A stretch of 63,311 nt of DNA, filler included, from Basidiobolus ranarum (Eukaryota), in assembly GCA_040143965.1 (NCBI GenBank). It is 24 parts of 24 records of this genome, joined end to end, with 100 filler letters (N's around TTAATTAATTAA, not from the genome) between each part and the next. Parts side by side here need not be neighbours in the genome. Positions count along the whole stretch, not along the records: positions 1 to 2,554 come from JASJQH010003211.1; positions 2,655 to 5,207 come from JASJQH010003212.1; positions 5,308 to 7,859 come from JASJQH010003213.1; positions 7,960 to 10,511 come from JASJQH010003214.1; 20 more parts are not named here. One strand, written 5' to 3'. Position numbers and translations under genes: made by a program. Positions 1 through 10,611 of the stretch are shown here, one piece after another (the first letter of the stretch is position 1; every line of letters starts with the position of its first letter). The notes below the pieces were generated by a model. The model saw nothing but the letters and a program-made list of their open reading frames with translations. It searched no databases and was not told the origin of the DNA.

Positions 1-301
1 GTCCAAGAGATCTACAATGCTATGTGTCAACCATCGTCAGCCTTGTGAATATCTGAATGGGTACTGAATGTAGTGAAAATAAGTAAAACTTTATTCTTCT
101 TATAGAGTAACAACCAAAAGAGGTTAGAGAATATTAATTTCTCATGCATACGATAATTTGTAAAATCTCATCAAATGACCATGATAGGTTGTGCTCATGT
201 TATTGGCAATTGTTTATAAAATCATCAAACATACAGGAAATATTAGATTTCCCATCATTTGTGAAATGAATATTGGTGTACACGCATAACATCCAAACTC
301 A

Positions 302-1263
302 TCAAAAAGTGCCTGTTTTCGAAAGTAGTGGCCTATTTATAGCCGATGAAGAGTAAGAGTAATCGTTGGGGTAGAGGATCGGATAGCAATTAGATGCCAA
401 ACTCAGTGAAATATCAACGACGGGTGGGATGCCCGTAGGGAACAGCAATGATTTCTCTGGGAACCTAATCTCTTGAAAATTTGAGGCAATCGGAGTTTGT
501 AATGATAGTAAACTTTCATATACTGGACTATCCAATATTACTAACTCGTTTACAAGGAACGTGTAATACTCAATGAGTTTACTCATCAATTTTACCTCTT
601 GTCTAAGTATACTACAATTCAAACAATGATCCACTGGTACTTCTGTACATACCAGTTCATTTTCATCTGGAGATGTTGATTGTGCACTGATAGGTGGATA
701 TGAGGATGTTGCTGGTGAGAGTAAAGTTGCGGTCGGCTTAGCAATTGTGCTTGCCTCTACCTCTGACGTTGAAAATGCTACTATGCCTCGGAAATATGGA
801 CTCTTCACACGCTGAACGAGGTAATAATCATTTGGCTGATCCCGTCTGAAATAACGGTGCGAGTAGATTACCATCAATGAATCGCTACCTTGTTTAGTTC
901 TCCGATCAGAAACTCGGCAAAAGTCATATATCTATTAAAGGATTAATAGTCGTTCATGAGAGATAAGATGAAGATTTATGCTACTACACCGTACATATAA
1001 TTGACGTGTGAATGACGCAAGTTTGTTAGTCTCATAGTACTGGGGAAGAACTTCAGAAGCAAATTTGACTGGGTCTTTGATGACAAATCTATTACCCGAG
1101 GGCTCCCAGGCTATCATAGCCGAGTATTTTGATTCAGAAAGTATTCTAGATAGAGTAAAAATCTTCTTTAGCATGCTTCATAAGAATAAGTTTACAATGC
1201 AGTTTACTTGGAAAGGCTCCGCACAAAGGGAGTCGTACGGGTACAAAAGCGAGTACCTTTCAT
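302..1263 (-). CDS. HSF-type DNA-binding domain protein, 3 exons complement(join(302..931,995..1145,1208..1263)), ~278 aa
   Basis: Spliced product MKGTRFCTRTTPFVRSLSK/ILSESKYSAMIAWEPSGNRFVIKDPVKFASEVLPQYYETNKLASFTRQLY/IYDFCRVSDRR...YSHRYFRRD. GT-AG introns are at the same positions and phases as in the paralog at 32448. Confidence 0.88.
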
Positions 1264-2473
1264 TGCTAAGATCTAAAAGTAAATGTAACAGCACCCGGCC
1301 ATATATGGAGACCAATACACATTTCTAGCCGGTAAAGAGCGATGCAAGGCTGGACCGCTCTCTCTGCTGAGTTAGTCAGTCAATAGATGTCTGAGACAAT
1401 TTCTTTTAGGAACATGATACCATATTTCGGGTTGATGAGCTATCAAATGCGGCTATATTCTAGATGATATTACTTCACCCCTTCCTGTTTGCTGAACTAG
1501 TATTCGTTGAAGTTAACCAAGTCATCTGTGTGAATGTTTTGAAGTTCACCGATGGGCTCTACCATATTGAAAAACTGAATCATTTTGCAGGCATTTTCAT
1601 ATTAGGTGCTAAAAAGAAGGGGCTTTAATAGAGCGACCTAGACATGTTGGTGATATAATCAACCATAACTTCGAGCTACAATTGTGTACCAGTTCAACTA
1701 TCAATGGCTCTTTCCCACGGACTAGTCCAGTTGGTAAAATCGTTCAGTCAACAAAATTAATTTTAATTTGTACTTTATATTTTCTGCATAAGGAAATAGT
1801 TTTTTGCGCAATTATTACTTTTAATGAGTCTATCACATTACCAGAAGTAGTTGGTACTCTGTTGCACACAAATGGCATGCTGTAACATATCTCTGAAAGT
1901 GAGGATTCTGCCAGTGAGAGATTGTCAAATGTTGTAAATAGTTTGAATTCTCAAAATTCTAACTAATAGATCAGTTTGGTAAATGTAATTCCACCAAAAA
2001 AAAAGATAGTGAATATTCCTCACAATGGATAGAATTTGATGTAGAGGATTCATTGGATGTGAACAATAATACTCAATCCTTTTACTTGTCATTTCTTATC
2101 CAGAGTGTATATATGTCAAGGATGTAGACTCTTCAGGACTATCCATTTTATAACATTACCTGTGTAATGATAAGGACAAAAACCCTTCACTAGTGTACTG
2201 ATGGTTGAAAGTTGGCAAAGAATGCGTGTTGAAAGGGTGAAGAGAAGGGAAGAGTTTATATGTCTCACATAAGTATGCTTCTCTAAATTTTCCATGAGAC
2301 ATTTATATAAATATTTTTAGTTTATTGCCGCTTTGAATATGGTGCATATAGAAGAATGAGGCCATGTTATTATGACTTGCTCACCACACCATCATCATTC
2401 ACAAGTAAATACAAGGTGGTTATCACTTAGTTAATCCAATGTTCTATTTCTCAATTCACGCTTTCTATCCTCA

Positions 2474-2554
2474 TGAGTCTTATTGTATATTTTCTTGCAG
2501 ACTTCTGAAGGCATGAAGATATAGTATTCTCTCCAAAGCAGAGTTGAAAGTTGC
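2474..2554 (+). mobile_element. LTR-like repeat family B, 5' end (truncated by contig end)
   Basis: Starts TGAGTCTTATTG. Nearly identical to 44691-44771, where it interrupts a copia pol. Confidence 0.6.
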
Positions 2555-2654
2555 NNNNNNNNNNNNNNNNNNNNNNNNNNNNNNNNNNNNNNNNNNNNTT
2601 AATTAATTAANNNNNNNNNNNNNNNNNNNNNNNNNNNNNNNNNNNNNNNNNNNN
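2555..2654. other. Artificial contig spacer (first of 23 identical ones)
   Basis: 44 N + TTAATTAATTAA (stops in all six frames) + 44 N. Repeats start at 5208, 7860, 10512, 13162, 15809, 18456, 21102, 23747, 26390, 29032, 31673, 34313, 36952, 39591, 42230, 44868, 47506, 50144, 52781, 55418, 58050, 60682. Contig lengths decrease monotonically. Confidence 0.98.
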
Positions 2655-2952
2655 CTCTGAAGACTCTTCACAGATAGTGGTCAAGATACTCGAGTATGCA
2701 TTCAAGAACTACGAGCCGCTGGTAGCTATCGAGTGTGCCCAGAACTCACAGCAGCAGTACTGCCTCATTGTAGAGGGAGACGAACTAAAGGACCATCAAG
2801 ATGTAGACCTACAGGATATTCCAGATGAGAAATTGTGCACCGAATGTGTCCAAAACTGGGTAAAAGTATATGACCAGTACTCTGACAGCTATTCGGATAT
2901 GTTTGCTAATGTGACCGATGTTTCCCAAGTAAAAGAAAGATGTAACTTCTGA
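2655..2952 (+). CDS. Secreted Cys-rich protein, tandem copy A (5'-truncated)
   Basis: Almost identical to the C-terminal half of 3691-4293; ends VKERCNF*. Confidence 0.85.
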
Positions 2953-3690
2953 TGACACCTACTATCCCCAAGCATTTAGTTCGTTTCTGTTCTCATAAGA
3001 CATCGTACTTATCAGCATCATTTTGACTCTTATTACTGGACTGTTCTGTGACTGTATCTTAGTTTTACATTGAGCCACCAACGTCATTTCAATATCAGGA
3101 TATTCACTTTTGTATCCAATAAAATACATTCAAACACTATATAATATTCTCTGCGTTGAATCTTAACCTGGTCCTCACAAAAGTGCTTAGCAGCATGACT
3201 GAAATCGAATTTAGATAATACGTGGAGGAACCGGGTATCATGTGGTTTTAAAACTAGAAGCACCTTTGAATTGATGAGCCTCAGCTAGCACTCTTTGAAG
3301 AGTAAACTCTAGTCTAGTCAAATATTATGCTATTATGAAGATTAGTGTAATGTGCAACTAGGATTAAGCAATGAGTGGTAGGAGTAGCACTACATGTACT
3401 CTACGAGCACAAATAGATTGGTTTTCAATATTTACAAGCCATTAACGATTGCTGCTAAATTTAGCAACCATGCCAAGATCAAATACTGAATCGAAATTCT
3501 ACATATTCAGCCCATTCATCAAACATTTAATTTCCTGACGGCTTAGGAGGTTACAGGATATATATTCTACAAAGGCACCGTCTACTTCTTTATCATCCCA
3601 ACAAGCAAAGCACTTCACTTCATAACTGAACTTTCAAGAACTACTAGCGAAATCAATACTAGCATATCTCGTACATTCCTTGCCTTTACC

Positions 3691-4293
3691 ATGAAATCAA
3701 CCTTATCCTTCTCACTGATTGCTGCTTCTATTCTTTTGACCAATGCTGCCCCAGTTGACAACATGCTTGGCCAGCTTTCAAGCACATGCAAACAATCACT
3801 GCTTTCCATTGTGACTGGCAATGAGCCTTGTCTTCCCTTCAGTCAGATCTGGTCACAAGCTAGTTCCATGGATTGGGAGAACTATGACTCCAGTAAAGTT
3901 GACCAGTATACCTCTCTTCTGGATACAGCGTGTGCTGCTCCACGATGTGACAAATCAGTCACAGATGCTCTAGCTACCAAAGTTCAAACTGATTGCTCTG
4001 AAGACTCTTCACAGATAGTGGTCAAGATACTCGAGTATGCATTCAAGAACTACGAACCATTGGTAGCTATCGAGTGTGCCCAAAACTCACAGCAGCAATA
4101 CTGCCTTATTGTAGAGGGAGACGAACTAAAGGGCCATCAAGATGTGGATCTACAAGATATTCCAGATGAGAAATTGTGCACCGAATGTGTCCAAAACTGG
4201 GTAAAAGTATATGACCAGTACTCTGACAGTTACTCAGATCCATTTGCAAATATGACAGATGTCTCCCAAGTAAAAGAAAGATGTAATTTCTAA
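3691..4293 (+). CDS. Secreted Cys-rich protein, tandem copy B, 200 aa, intronless
   Basis: Signal peptide MKSTLSFSLIAASILLTNA|AP, 10 Cys, acidic mature region, TATA-like GGATATATA ~130 bp upstream. Confidence 0.9.
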   Translation: MKSTLSFSLIAASILLTNAAPVDNMLGQLSSTCKQSLLSIVTGNEPCLPFSQIWSQASSMDWENYDSSKVDQYTSLLDTACAAPRCDKSVTDALATKVQTDCSEDSSQIVVKILEYAFKNYEPLVAIECAQNSQQQYCLIVEGDELKGHQDVDLQDIPDEKLCTECVQNWVKVYDQYSDSYSDPFANMTDVSQVKERCNF

Positions 4294-4976
4294 TCATTGA
4301 TATCATTCACATGTACTTAATTCGTCAACCCACATATCACACATTTTATATCATTAAAGTTATATTTACACGTCAATAGTATAATTGATTATCAAATGTA
4401 AATGTATTCATTTATACTGAATAAGTTAGCTCAGCAATGCTTATCTAAGTGACATATCAAGTAATATAATATTTGATTTAACATTTCCCACTCATAGTCG
4501 CGTTATTGTCCAAGTGAAGCTGAAGGAGACTTACATTCCACAACCGCGAAATTAGTCACTTGCTATAAGCACCTAGAATGAAGTGTACGAGTCATGATAG
4601 TATGGATAAGTATCAATTAGCTACCTACTGTAAACAGATCCATCATAAACATACCAATAAGATTCGATATAATATTCACCTTCAATACCGTAAAAGGCAA
4701 AGCGATTTGATTCCATGGTAGGATTTGTACTCGTCATTATTTATTTGCCCATGAAAGAACACTGACGTCATAATAGAATGATTACCGAAGCCTACTATTT
4801 CTTAGCCCATGTTGCCCTCAAACCAGCTTAATATGGATAGGGCTCATCCAACATCTGTGCAGTACATACTATAAAAGGATATCAACTTTTCGACATTATA
4901 ACAACACTTCTATAGTATCTCGACTACACTACAGTAACTCCAACCAAATTACATTTATCGCTTGTTTATTTCCGTC

Positions 4977-5207
4977 ATGAAAGTCTCTCTCTCTATTGCC
5001 TTGATTGCCACTTCTTTATTATCTATTAATTCAGCCCCGGTAGACACAGCATTTGGACAACTCTCGGATACATGCAAACAATCACTGCTCTCCATCGTGA
5101 CTGGCAATGAGCCTTGTCTTCCCTTCAGTCAGATCTGGTCACAAGCTAGCTCTATTGATTGGGAGAACTATGAGTCTGTCAAAATGGACCAGTACACCTC
5201 TCTTCTG
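4977..5207 (+). CDS. Secreted Cys-rich protein, tandem copy C (3'-truncated)
   Basis: MKVSLSIALIATSLLSINSAP, then CKQSLLSIVTGNEPCLPFSQIWSQASS identical to copy B. CTATAAAA upstream at ~4869. Confidence 0.85.
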
Positions 5208-5676
5208 NNNNNNNNNNNNNNNNNNNNNNNNNNNNNNNNNNNNNNNNNNNNTTAATTAATTAANNNNNNNNNNNNNNNNNNNNNNNNNNNNNNNNNNNNN
5301 NNNNNNNAGCTATTGATTTACTACGTAATTGGGGGATTACAATCTCTTCACTTGCACTATTGCTGCAAAGGAACACATCTGGTAAATTGACTAATGCTTT
5401 ATTATTATTCAAGTTAGTTTCTGGCATGTTAATGTCTTCCAAAGTGGATAGTGGATTACTATACTGCTCATCATTTAAGTCCTCTGTTCTTGCTGGTTTT
5501 TTTCCTGTTGTGCCAGCAGGCTTTGTCTTGGAAGCTAATTTTGATTTAGATATTGAATGCTTTTTGAATGGCATTGAAATTTTCAGATGGTGAACTTGTG
5601 TGATCAAATTTCTTAGAAACAGCTTAAAATAAACAAAAATTGCCATCCATTACCAGAAATATTTTGCAAATCCCGT

Positions 5677-5714
5677 GATGACTCATCTATGACACCATCT
5701 CAGAATCAGCTGAT
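5677..5714. promoter_or_regulatory. Conserved palindromic GATGACTCATC (AP-1/Gcn4-type) and ATCAGCTGAT sites between the divergent CACTA ORFs
   Basis: The same motifs recur in the copies near 22555, 26523, 36581, 46869 and 58815. Confidence 0.5.
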
Positions 5715-6310
5715 GTTATTGATGGGCTATATGTAAAATAACACCCTTATGTAGGAGGTGTTCTTTTTTGAAAAATATCCTTCTCATGCTGCAACACAAA
5801 CATTTAAAGAAGCCCTGCTATTATTGTAACAAATTCTTGTGCTATGAAAACCAGAGGCTCATAGAAAAAATAATCACAAGCACAGTCACTGTACAAAGCC
5901 ACCAGCAGCACAAAGCCTGGTGTATAACAACAGTAATAAGTGCACTAAATCAACTTTAGCTCAGCTCATTAAGTCCACTGACTGTGCTTTACCTAAAATT
6001 TTTGGTAACACAGCCAAAAGTCAGGATACTGTAGAGTTACCACAGCTACATGACCAGAATGATGTAGGTAGAAATGCAACTTTGGTCAAACCAGTAGGTC
6101 CAGTCAACTTTGAGTACATGCAGCTAGATGTTGACATCAGTCATTCCAGTGCTCATGGTTATATATCAGAAATTGAAGATGACAAAGGTTTTGTTATGGA
6201 CTCTTTGTTATTGGCAAACATTGGTCCACTCATAACACTTACAGTAAAGGAAGCAGCTTTGATTATTGAGGAGTGGAGAGTTCAATCCAATCTTAGCAAC
6301 CAGGTGTTTA

Positions 6311-6593
6311 TGTTGAAATTATTTAGGGAGAAATATTGGTCTGGCCAGGATTTGAACCTGGGACCTTCTTAACTCTAGCAAGGTGCTCTAATCACTGAGT
6401 TACCAGTCCTTGCATTCTATGCCTATATTGCTAGGGAACCTTGACCTAGTCTGTCAATGTATGGTACTTTGGCATTTCAGCTTTACAAGCAACTGATTGG
6501 CCTTAGACTTTGTGTGCAGATGCAGTCACCCTACTCAATATTTTCCTCTTTTGGGAAATACTGCTTGTACCACAAGTCACCAGACTTTCAACA
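6311..6593 (-). mobile_element. Solo LTR (283 bp) carrying a tRNA-like cassette; Helenus/TRIMp3-like
   Basis: TGTTGAAA...TTTCAACA termini and GTTTA 5-bp TSD (6306-6310, 6594-6598). The uninterrupted site is seen in CACTA copies near 22150, 27280 and 47480. Confidence 0.9.
6337..6409 (-). tRNA. tRNA-derived sequence (73 nt, anticodon position AGA, short variable arm), probably not a functional tRNA
   Basis: GGACTGG TA ACTC AGTGATTA GAGC A CCTTG CTAGAGT TAAGA AGGTC CCAGG TTCAAAT CCTGG CCAGACC A: canonical cloverleaf spacing, A-box and B-box, with a few stem mismatches. Confidence 0.8.
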
Positions 6594-7998
6594 GTTTATT
6601 GGTTTTCTTACACTTTTACCACAGTTGATTGGCAACTGTTGCTTGCCACAGACCTGGCACAAGTGGAACAAAGTGGAAAACACTTGTCAAATTGTATAAC
6701 CTATAATCCTTCAGTAATTAAACTACCTTCAGATTCTAATGGTTCATTGGCTTTCAATGGTGATCTAAAAAACCTGAATCCATGAACTATTTGCACATAA
6801 TTGGCAATCACTGAATCAGGTAAATATTGTTTGTATTTGGCTTACATACCATGGATTCCCCATCTTAAAGTTTTGATGAAATCACCCAAATATAGATCAT
6901 TAATTGAATACCAAAGTACTCACTGTAAAGCTGATGGTATTATCAATTTACTTGGAGGATATCACTACCAGAATCTGAAAAGTCAAGGTTTCTTTGAGAA
7001 CATGTATGATCATATAGTTGCATTGGCTCTGGATGGTTTCTTGCTAAACAAATATACCATTTGCAAGGCTTGCTGGCCAATAATATTAGTTAACTTTAAT
7101 ATTCTTCCTTCTGAATGGTATAAGAGTCATATTATTTTGATACTATTCATCATATCTGGACCTAAATAACCAGTGCTTATAGATAACTTCTTGGTGCCTA
7201 TGATTGTGGAATTTAAACGGTTATCTATTGGGGTTCTGCCTGATAAGTATGGGCAACATTGGGAGTTGTTTGTCAATAATGCTAATATATTCTTCTTGCA
7301 TCAACTCACATTGGTAGATCTCAGGCAGATACAGCAATTATGCAAAAATTTGGTAGTTGGATATGAAAAACTTTATTGCAGGTTTAAAGAAGATAGACTG
7401 AATCTATGCCAATATTCAATCCATTCCCTGATGCATCTTTCACAATGCTTAGAGATTATAGGCCGTTGCTATACATTCTGGGAGTTGCCAATGGAGTGCA
7501 CCTGCGGTGAAATGATGCTCTGTGCAAAATCATCAGTATTACTGTATTTTAATCTGATTAACAATGTATCAGCAAAATTGGTGATGGATGTAATATGATG
7601 GGTTAAGGAGACTCCAGAGTAAATTAAACTTCCAACAAAGGGCTCTTTTCAATGTGCCCATGGGTTTTTGCAATGTTTGAGCACAATAACAGCATCAAAG
7701 CACAATCCATGGTCACCAAGTAAGTATCTCTATAATTTGGACTAATTTGTTTGTGTTCTAATCTGATGGTCTTTTTAGGAAAGCTGCAAGACAGACTTCT
7801 TGGTGAGATAGCTCTTGTTATGCAGTATTTTGGTTTTAGCCCTGGGATAATCTATTCAANNNNNNNNNNNNNNNNNNNNNNNNNNNNNNNNNNNNNNNNN
7901 NNNTTAATTAATTAANNNNNNNNNNNNNNNNNNNNNNNNNNNNNNNNNNNNNNNNNNNNTTGCCTAGGTTTGAAGCAGTACATGCTGATTTGCTTCTG

Positions 7999-9530
7999 TT
8001 ACTTTTGTTGTCTCCTTGATATTTCCACGGAAGGAACTTTGCTTGAACCTCTGTGCTGAGTTGGTCGGTTTGATCCTGCTGAAGTTCCTCTACCTTGGCC
8101 AGCATGAGTTGTGGCTTGAGGTTGATGCGCTGTGGTATGCGTTGGCTTGTTTGGTCTAGTTTGCGGTTTGTTTGTATCTACAGTCTCTTCTTCAGATGTG
8201 GAGCCTTCACTTAATGGGTCAACCAGCCATTGCTGCTGGTGCGCAGCTCTATGTGTCAACCCGGAATGTCTCACTTGAGGTTTGTGCTTAACAGTTATTG
8301 CTTCTTCAACCATGGTAGAAGCTTCATCTCTTTTGACTGGCCACCATGACCTCTGTTGCATGGCAGAATGTGTTGGAGCAAGTTGTCTACCTTGAGGTTT
8401 GTGCTCAACAGTTATTGCTTCTTCAACCACAGTGGAATCTTCATCTCTTTCAACTGGCCATGACTGTGGTTGCATGGCAGTACGTGTTGGAGCAAGTCAT
8501 CTACCTTGTGGTTTGTGTTCAGCAGTTCTTGCCTCTTCAACCATGGTAGAAGCTTCATCTCTTTCAACTGGCCATGGCCATGGTCATATGGCAGTATGGG
8601 TTGGAGCAAGTTGTCTACCTTGTGGTTCATGTCCGGTGTTATTGCTTCTTCAACCACTGTGGAAGCTTCATCTCCTTTGACAGGCCATTGCCATGGTCAC
8701 ATTCTGGTACATGTTGGAGCGAGTCATATACCTTGAGCTTTGCATTTGGCAGTTCTTGTCTCTTTAACTATGGTTGAAGCTTCATCTCTTTTGACTGGCT
8801 GCTGTGACCTCTGTTGCATGGCAGAATGCGTTGGAGCATATTATCTACCTTGAGGTTTGTGTTTGACTGTTGTGGCTTCTTCTAGCTCAGCAAGAGTTTC
8901 ACTATCCCTCTCAAACACCCATTGTCTTGGTCTTGTGGGGGAATGCATTGTAACGGATTGCTGTCTTAGTAGATTGTTCTCAGATGTCAGATCTTCATCC
9001 AACAAAGTGGAAGGTTCAATAATTCTTGAGATTGGCCTTTGTTGCTGTGGTGTGGTTGTATGCGCTAATCCAGTATATCTTTCTGGTGGCATGCTCCTTG
9101 GAGCTGACTCTTCTCCAGATGTAAAAAGCTCACTGGTTGGTTTGGTTGAATCAGGAAAATTGTGTGCTACAATGTGTGAGAATGCAGGCTGTCCTCTTTC
9201 TGATTATTCATTGACTGCTTGCTCTGGATCAAAAATGGGAGAAACATCATGGACTCTTCCAAGCTGGCATTGCAGTCAATGTGCACTACTAGCTGATGAA
9301 CCAACTTGTTGGGCTCTTGCCCTTGTTGGAGGTGTTACCTCAATTCTAGTTGTGAGTTGTGTAAATTCTTCTTGTGAAATAGATATCTTGTCAGGAGTCT
9401 CTTTGATTAGGAGTGACTTAGTACTTCTCTGCAACAGTCTAGACTGCTCCAATTAGCCTTTGGGAATATCTTCTGATTCAATAACTTGTCTTGCTTTTCT
9501 CTTTATACCTCTGTTAATTACTCTTGCCAT
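7999..9530 (-). pseudogene. Decayed ORF encoding a low-complexity protein with ~39-aa tandem repeats, divergent from a Harbinger-like transposase
   Basis: ATG at 9530 (MARVINRGIKRKARQ) is in frame with 8841-9092; internal stops, frameshifts and CpG depletion. Confidence 0.55.
8100..8960. repeat. Coding minisatellite, ~7 units of ~113-117 bp
   Basis: TG(A/T)GGTTTGTG-like anchor at ~8162, 8276, 8393, 8508, 8621, 8734, 8851. One unit encodes PTHSAMQQRSWWPVKRDEASTMVEEAITVKHKPQGRQLA. Confidence 0.85.
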
Positions 9531-9973
9531 AGTGTCCTGAAATGTTGTTTTGAACTTTGCAACCTCCATCAACAGTTGCTGCAAAGTCTCATTGAGTAGT
9601 GGTATATATATCTATGATGTTAGACTTTATTGGTTTCAATCAGAATTAGGGATCTTTTTATATTATTGGTTAAAATGTCAAAGTTAATTTCCTATAGTGT
9701 TATCAAGCATAATGCATTCCGCTTTGAGCCATTTCAATATGTATGCTAATTAAATTGATTTGGACCAAACTATGATTAACTTTGCTGATGCAGTTTATTA
9801 TATAATTTCTATGCAATTACACATAATAAAAATAATTAGGTTAATAAATGCAAAAAGAAATTTTATTATACAGAATGGAGGAAATTTTACCATGATAATT
9901 GAAATTCTTAGATAAATAACTTGCACATGCCAAGTTGATCAGTATTGTGCCAGCTCAATACAAGATTAATATC

Positions 9974-10511
9974 ATGCTCTCCATCTACTCTAAATGGTCA
10001 TTCCTCATTAATCCAAAAGCAACTACTGGCTTTCCTATCTTCACCATAGAAGCTATATTTGGGAATTACTGTGGCTCATATACTCCAATACCTACCAGAA
10101 AGCAGCTAGTAAATTTGTTTTGTTACTACAAAACTATTGTCCAATCATATTTCAGTGCACTATTAATGGTAGCAAAAGTGGGAGAAGCTTCCTTACCAGG
10201 CTTCAATAAGTGAGAATTAACTAGCTTCAGTGATGAATGATGTTGAAGATGCCTGAGACAAAAGATTTAGAGACTCTAATTTCCTTCCATTTCCTAGAGT
10301 ATTTCCCAATAGAGTTCATATCAGAAGTATTCTAGACACATTTCCAGTCAGAATTAACAGGCCCAAAACCAACCAAAAGCTATTCTATTCTGGCAAGTAC
10401 AAAGCCCACTGTGTAAAGTTCCAGGCTTTGGCAGATTTGGAAGGAAACATCATTGGTTTAGTGGGCCACATCCAGGGAGACACCATGCCAAAAGGCTTTG
10501 GGTTGAGAGGC
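9974..10511 (+). mobile_element. Degenerate PIF/Harbinger-ISL2EU (DDE_Tnp_4) transposase, N-terminal part
   Basis: DTFPVRINRP...FYSGKYKAHCVKFQALADLEG...FSGPHPGRHH; closely matches 13262-13655. Confidence 0.75.
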
Positions 10512-10611
10512 NNNNNNNNNNNNNNNNNNNNNNNNNNNNNNNNNNNNNNNNNNNNTTAATTAATTAANNNNNNNNNNNNNNNNNNNNNNNNNNNNNNNNN
10601 NNNNNNNNNNN

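Larger units (their letters stand above)
5308..7859 (+). mobile_element. Degenerate CACTA/EnSpm (Transposase_21) element: transposase on + from ~5786, divergent ORF2 on - from ~5574/5646
   Basis: ALDGF...CWPIILVNFNILPSEWYK...IISGPK.PVLIDNFL and HSLMHL...W ELPME motifs; stops, frameshifts and an internal deletion near 7235. Confidence 0.85.

Noticed and set aside
6337-6409. Functional tRNA-Ser(AGA) or a recoding tRNA
   Set aside because: Mismatches in the acceptor, D and anticodon stems, no long variable arm, and it is embedded in an LTR.
8100-8960. CRISPR-like array
   Set aside because: Whole units are homologous with no unique spacers, and the context is eukaryotic with no cas genes.
8346-9456. 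Plus-strand ORFs over the minisatellite
   Set aside because: Antisense shadows of the minus-strand repeat ORF.
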